From contig JAPPHC010000026.1 in NCBI GenBank assembly GCA_028821145.1, positions 5,869 to 69,868 of the forward strand: a DNA stretch of 64,000 nt, written 5' to 3'. The DNA is from Gammaproteobacteria bacterium. Its GTDB lineage: Bacteria; Pseudomonadota; Gammaproteobacteria; Steroidobacterales; Foliamicaceae. This document shows, piece by piece, positions 63,015 to 64,000 of this stretch. A program made the translations under genes and the position numbers. Each line of letters opens with the position of its first letter. The first letter of the stretch is position 1. The notes under the pieces were generated by a model, which worked only from the letters and a program-made list of their open reading frames with translations, was not told the DNA's origin and searched no databases.

Positions 63015-64000
63015 TCAGGTCGGCGGGACCAGCACCAGCTTGCCGACGAAGTCCTTGGCGAGGAACTCCGCCTGGGCTCGCGCGATCTCGCGCAAAGGGA
63101 AGGTCCTGGCCGCGACCGCCCGGATCTCGCCGCGCTCGACATAGGAGATCAGGTTCTCGAACACGGCGTCCTCCTGGAAGGTGCAGCCGAAGAAGGCGAG
63201 GTCCTTGAGGTAGAGCGAGCGAACATCCAGTTGTACCGAGGGTCCGCCGATCGCGCCGGCCGCCGCGTAGCGCCCGCCGACCTTGAGACCTTTCAGCAGA
63301 GCCGGCCAGGAGGGTCCCGCCACAACGTCCACCACCACGTCGAAGGTTTTCTCGCCCACAGCGTCGGCCAGGTCGGCATCCGCGGGAACGACCTCGTCGG
63401 CCCCGAGGGCCCGCACCGCGTCCGCCTTCGAACGGCCGGCGACCGCCACGACGAACGCGCCGCGCCGCTTGGCGAGTTGAACGGCCGCCGAGCCCACCCC
63501 ACCCGATGCACCTGTCACCAGCACGCGCTCGGCCCCCACGGAGGCTCGGTGCAGCATGTTTTCCGCAGTCGAAAAGGCGCAGGGAATGCTCGCCAGCTCT
63601 GCGTCACTCCAATCGCAGTCCACGGCGTAGGTCTCGCGCGCCGGCGCCTTGACGAACTGCGCGAATGCCCCGTCGCACTCCGAACCCAACGTCCAGCATT
63701 CGAAAGGGCGGTACTCGACGTACGATCGCAGCAGTGGCCGAACAATGACGCGCTCGCCGATCCGGGAGCGCGCGACCCCGCTGCCGACGGCCACGATCCG
63801 CCCGCAGCAGTCGGCGCCCTGGATGCGCGGAAACTCCATCGGCGCACCGGACCAGGAGGCGTCTTCGGCCCGGACCTCGCCGACTTCCGTTGCGCCGCGC
63901 GTCCCACCGGCTGCGGCGGCGTTCATGGAATACCAGCCGACGCGTGTGTTGATGTCCGTGTTGTTGATTCCGGCCGCGGCGACCTGGATCAGCACCTCGT
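63015..64000 (-). CDS. Zinc-type/MDR-family alcohol dehydrogenase or quinone oxidoreductase; partial, with the N-terminus beyond the window edge
   Basis: ...VAAAGINNTDINTR..., the nucleotide fold VLVTGASGGVGSAAVQLAKRRGA, and C-terminal GKLVLVP. The reading frame is open to position 64000. Confidence 0.8.
   Translation of the reverse strand, partial: EVLIQVAAAGINNTDINTRVGWYSMNAAAAGGTRGATEVGEVRAEDASWSGAPMEFPRIQGADCCGRIVAVGSGVARSRIGERVIVRPLLRSYVEYRPFECWTLGSECDGAFAQFVKAPARETYAVDCDWSDAELASIPCAFSTAENMLHRASVGAERVLVTGASGGVGSAAVQLAKRRGAFVVAVAGRSKADAVRALGADEVVPADADLADAVGEKTFDVVVDVVAGPSWPALLKGLKVGGRYAAAGAIGGPSVQLDVRSLYLKDLAFFGCTFQEDAVFENLISYVERGEIRAVAARTFPLREIARAQAEFLAKDFVGKLVLVPPT

Overview
About 64 kb of high-GC (roughly 60% or more by eye), very densely coding proteobacterial chromosome. 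I call about 62 CDS, and no non-coding gap exceeds about 215 bp. I found no rRNA, tRNA, CRISPR array, transposase or integrase. Many adjacent genes have overlapping or abutting stop and start codons (ATGA/GTGA), so most of them sit in operons.

Content from left to right:
- An Opp/Dpp-type ABC importer (two permeases, two ATPases), preceded by an unusual 29-bp perfect inverted repeat.
- Five TonB-dependent receptors (TBDRs), interleaved with Tat- or Sec-exported hydrolase-like proteins.
- A low-GC two-gene islet of about 1.7 kb.
- Three type II toxin-antitoxin modules: GNAT/DUF1778, HigBA, and wHTH-nucleotidyltransferase/HEPN-like.
- A long minus-strand operon: class II aldolase, PQQ dehydrogenase, an exported protein with an internal repeat, a Cys-phosphatase-like protein, an MFS transporter and a thioesterase.
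- hpt.
- A Rieske oxygenase, two serine hydrolases and a flavin monooxygenase forming a catabolic cluster.
- A Zur divergon: merC-like-zur facing a TBDR that carries two His/Glu/Asp-rich inserts, with a good Zur box between them.
- An NhaC-family antiporter.
- A LysR-associated cluster: aspartate-dehydrogenase-like, two aldehyde dehydrogenases including MmsA, a DapA-like aldolase, and a stand-alone 3-hydroxyanthranilate dioxygenase.
- An orphan LuxR-type autoinducer-domain regulator, with a CT-N12-AG lux-box palindrome placed about -43 from a divergent hydrolase-TBDR operon.
- An FAD / DUF1838-like / exported-Rossmann operon.
- An SRAP peptidase and a partial MDR dehydrogenase at the right edge.

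The TBDR richness and a Zur box matching the gammaproteobacterial consensus suggest a marine Gammaproteobacterium, but this is a low-confidence guess. All functional calls come from motifs I recognised by eye in the supplied translations. No database search was run.
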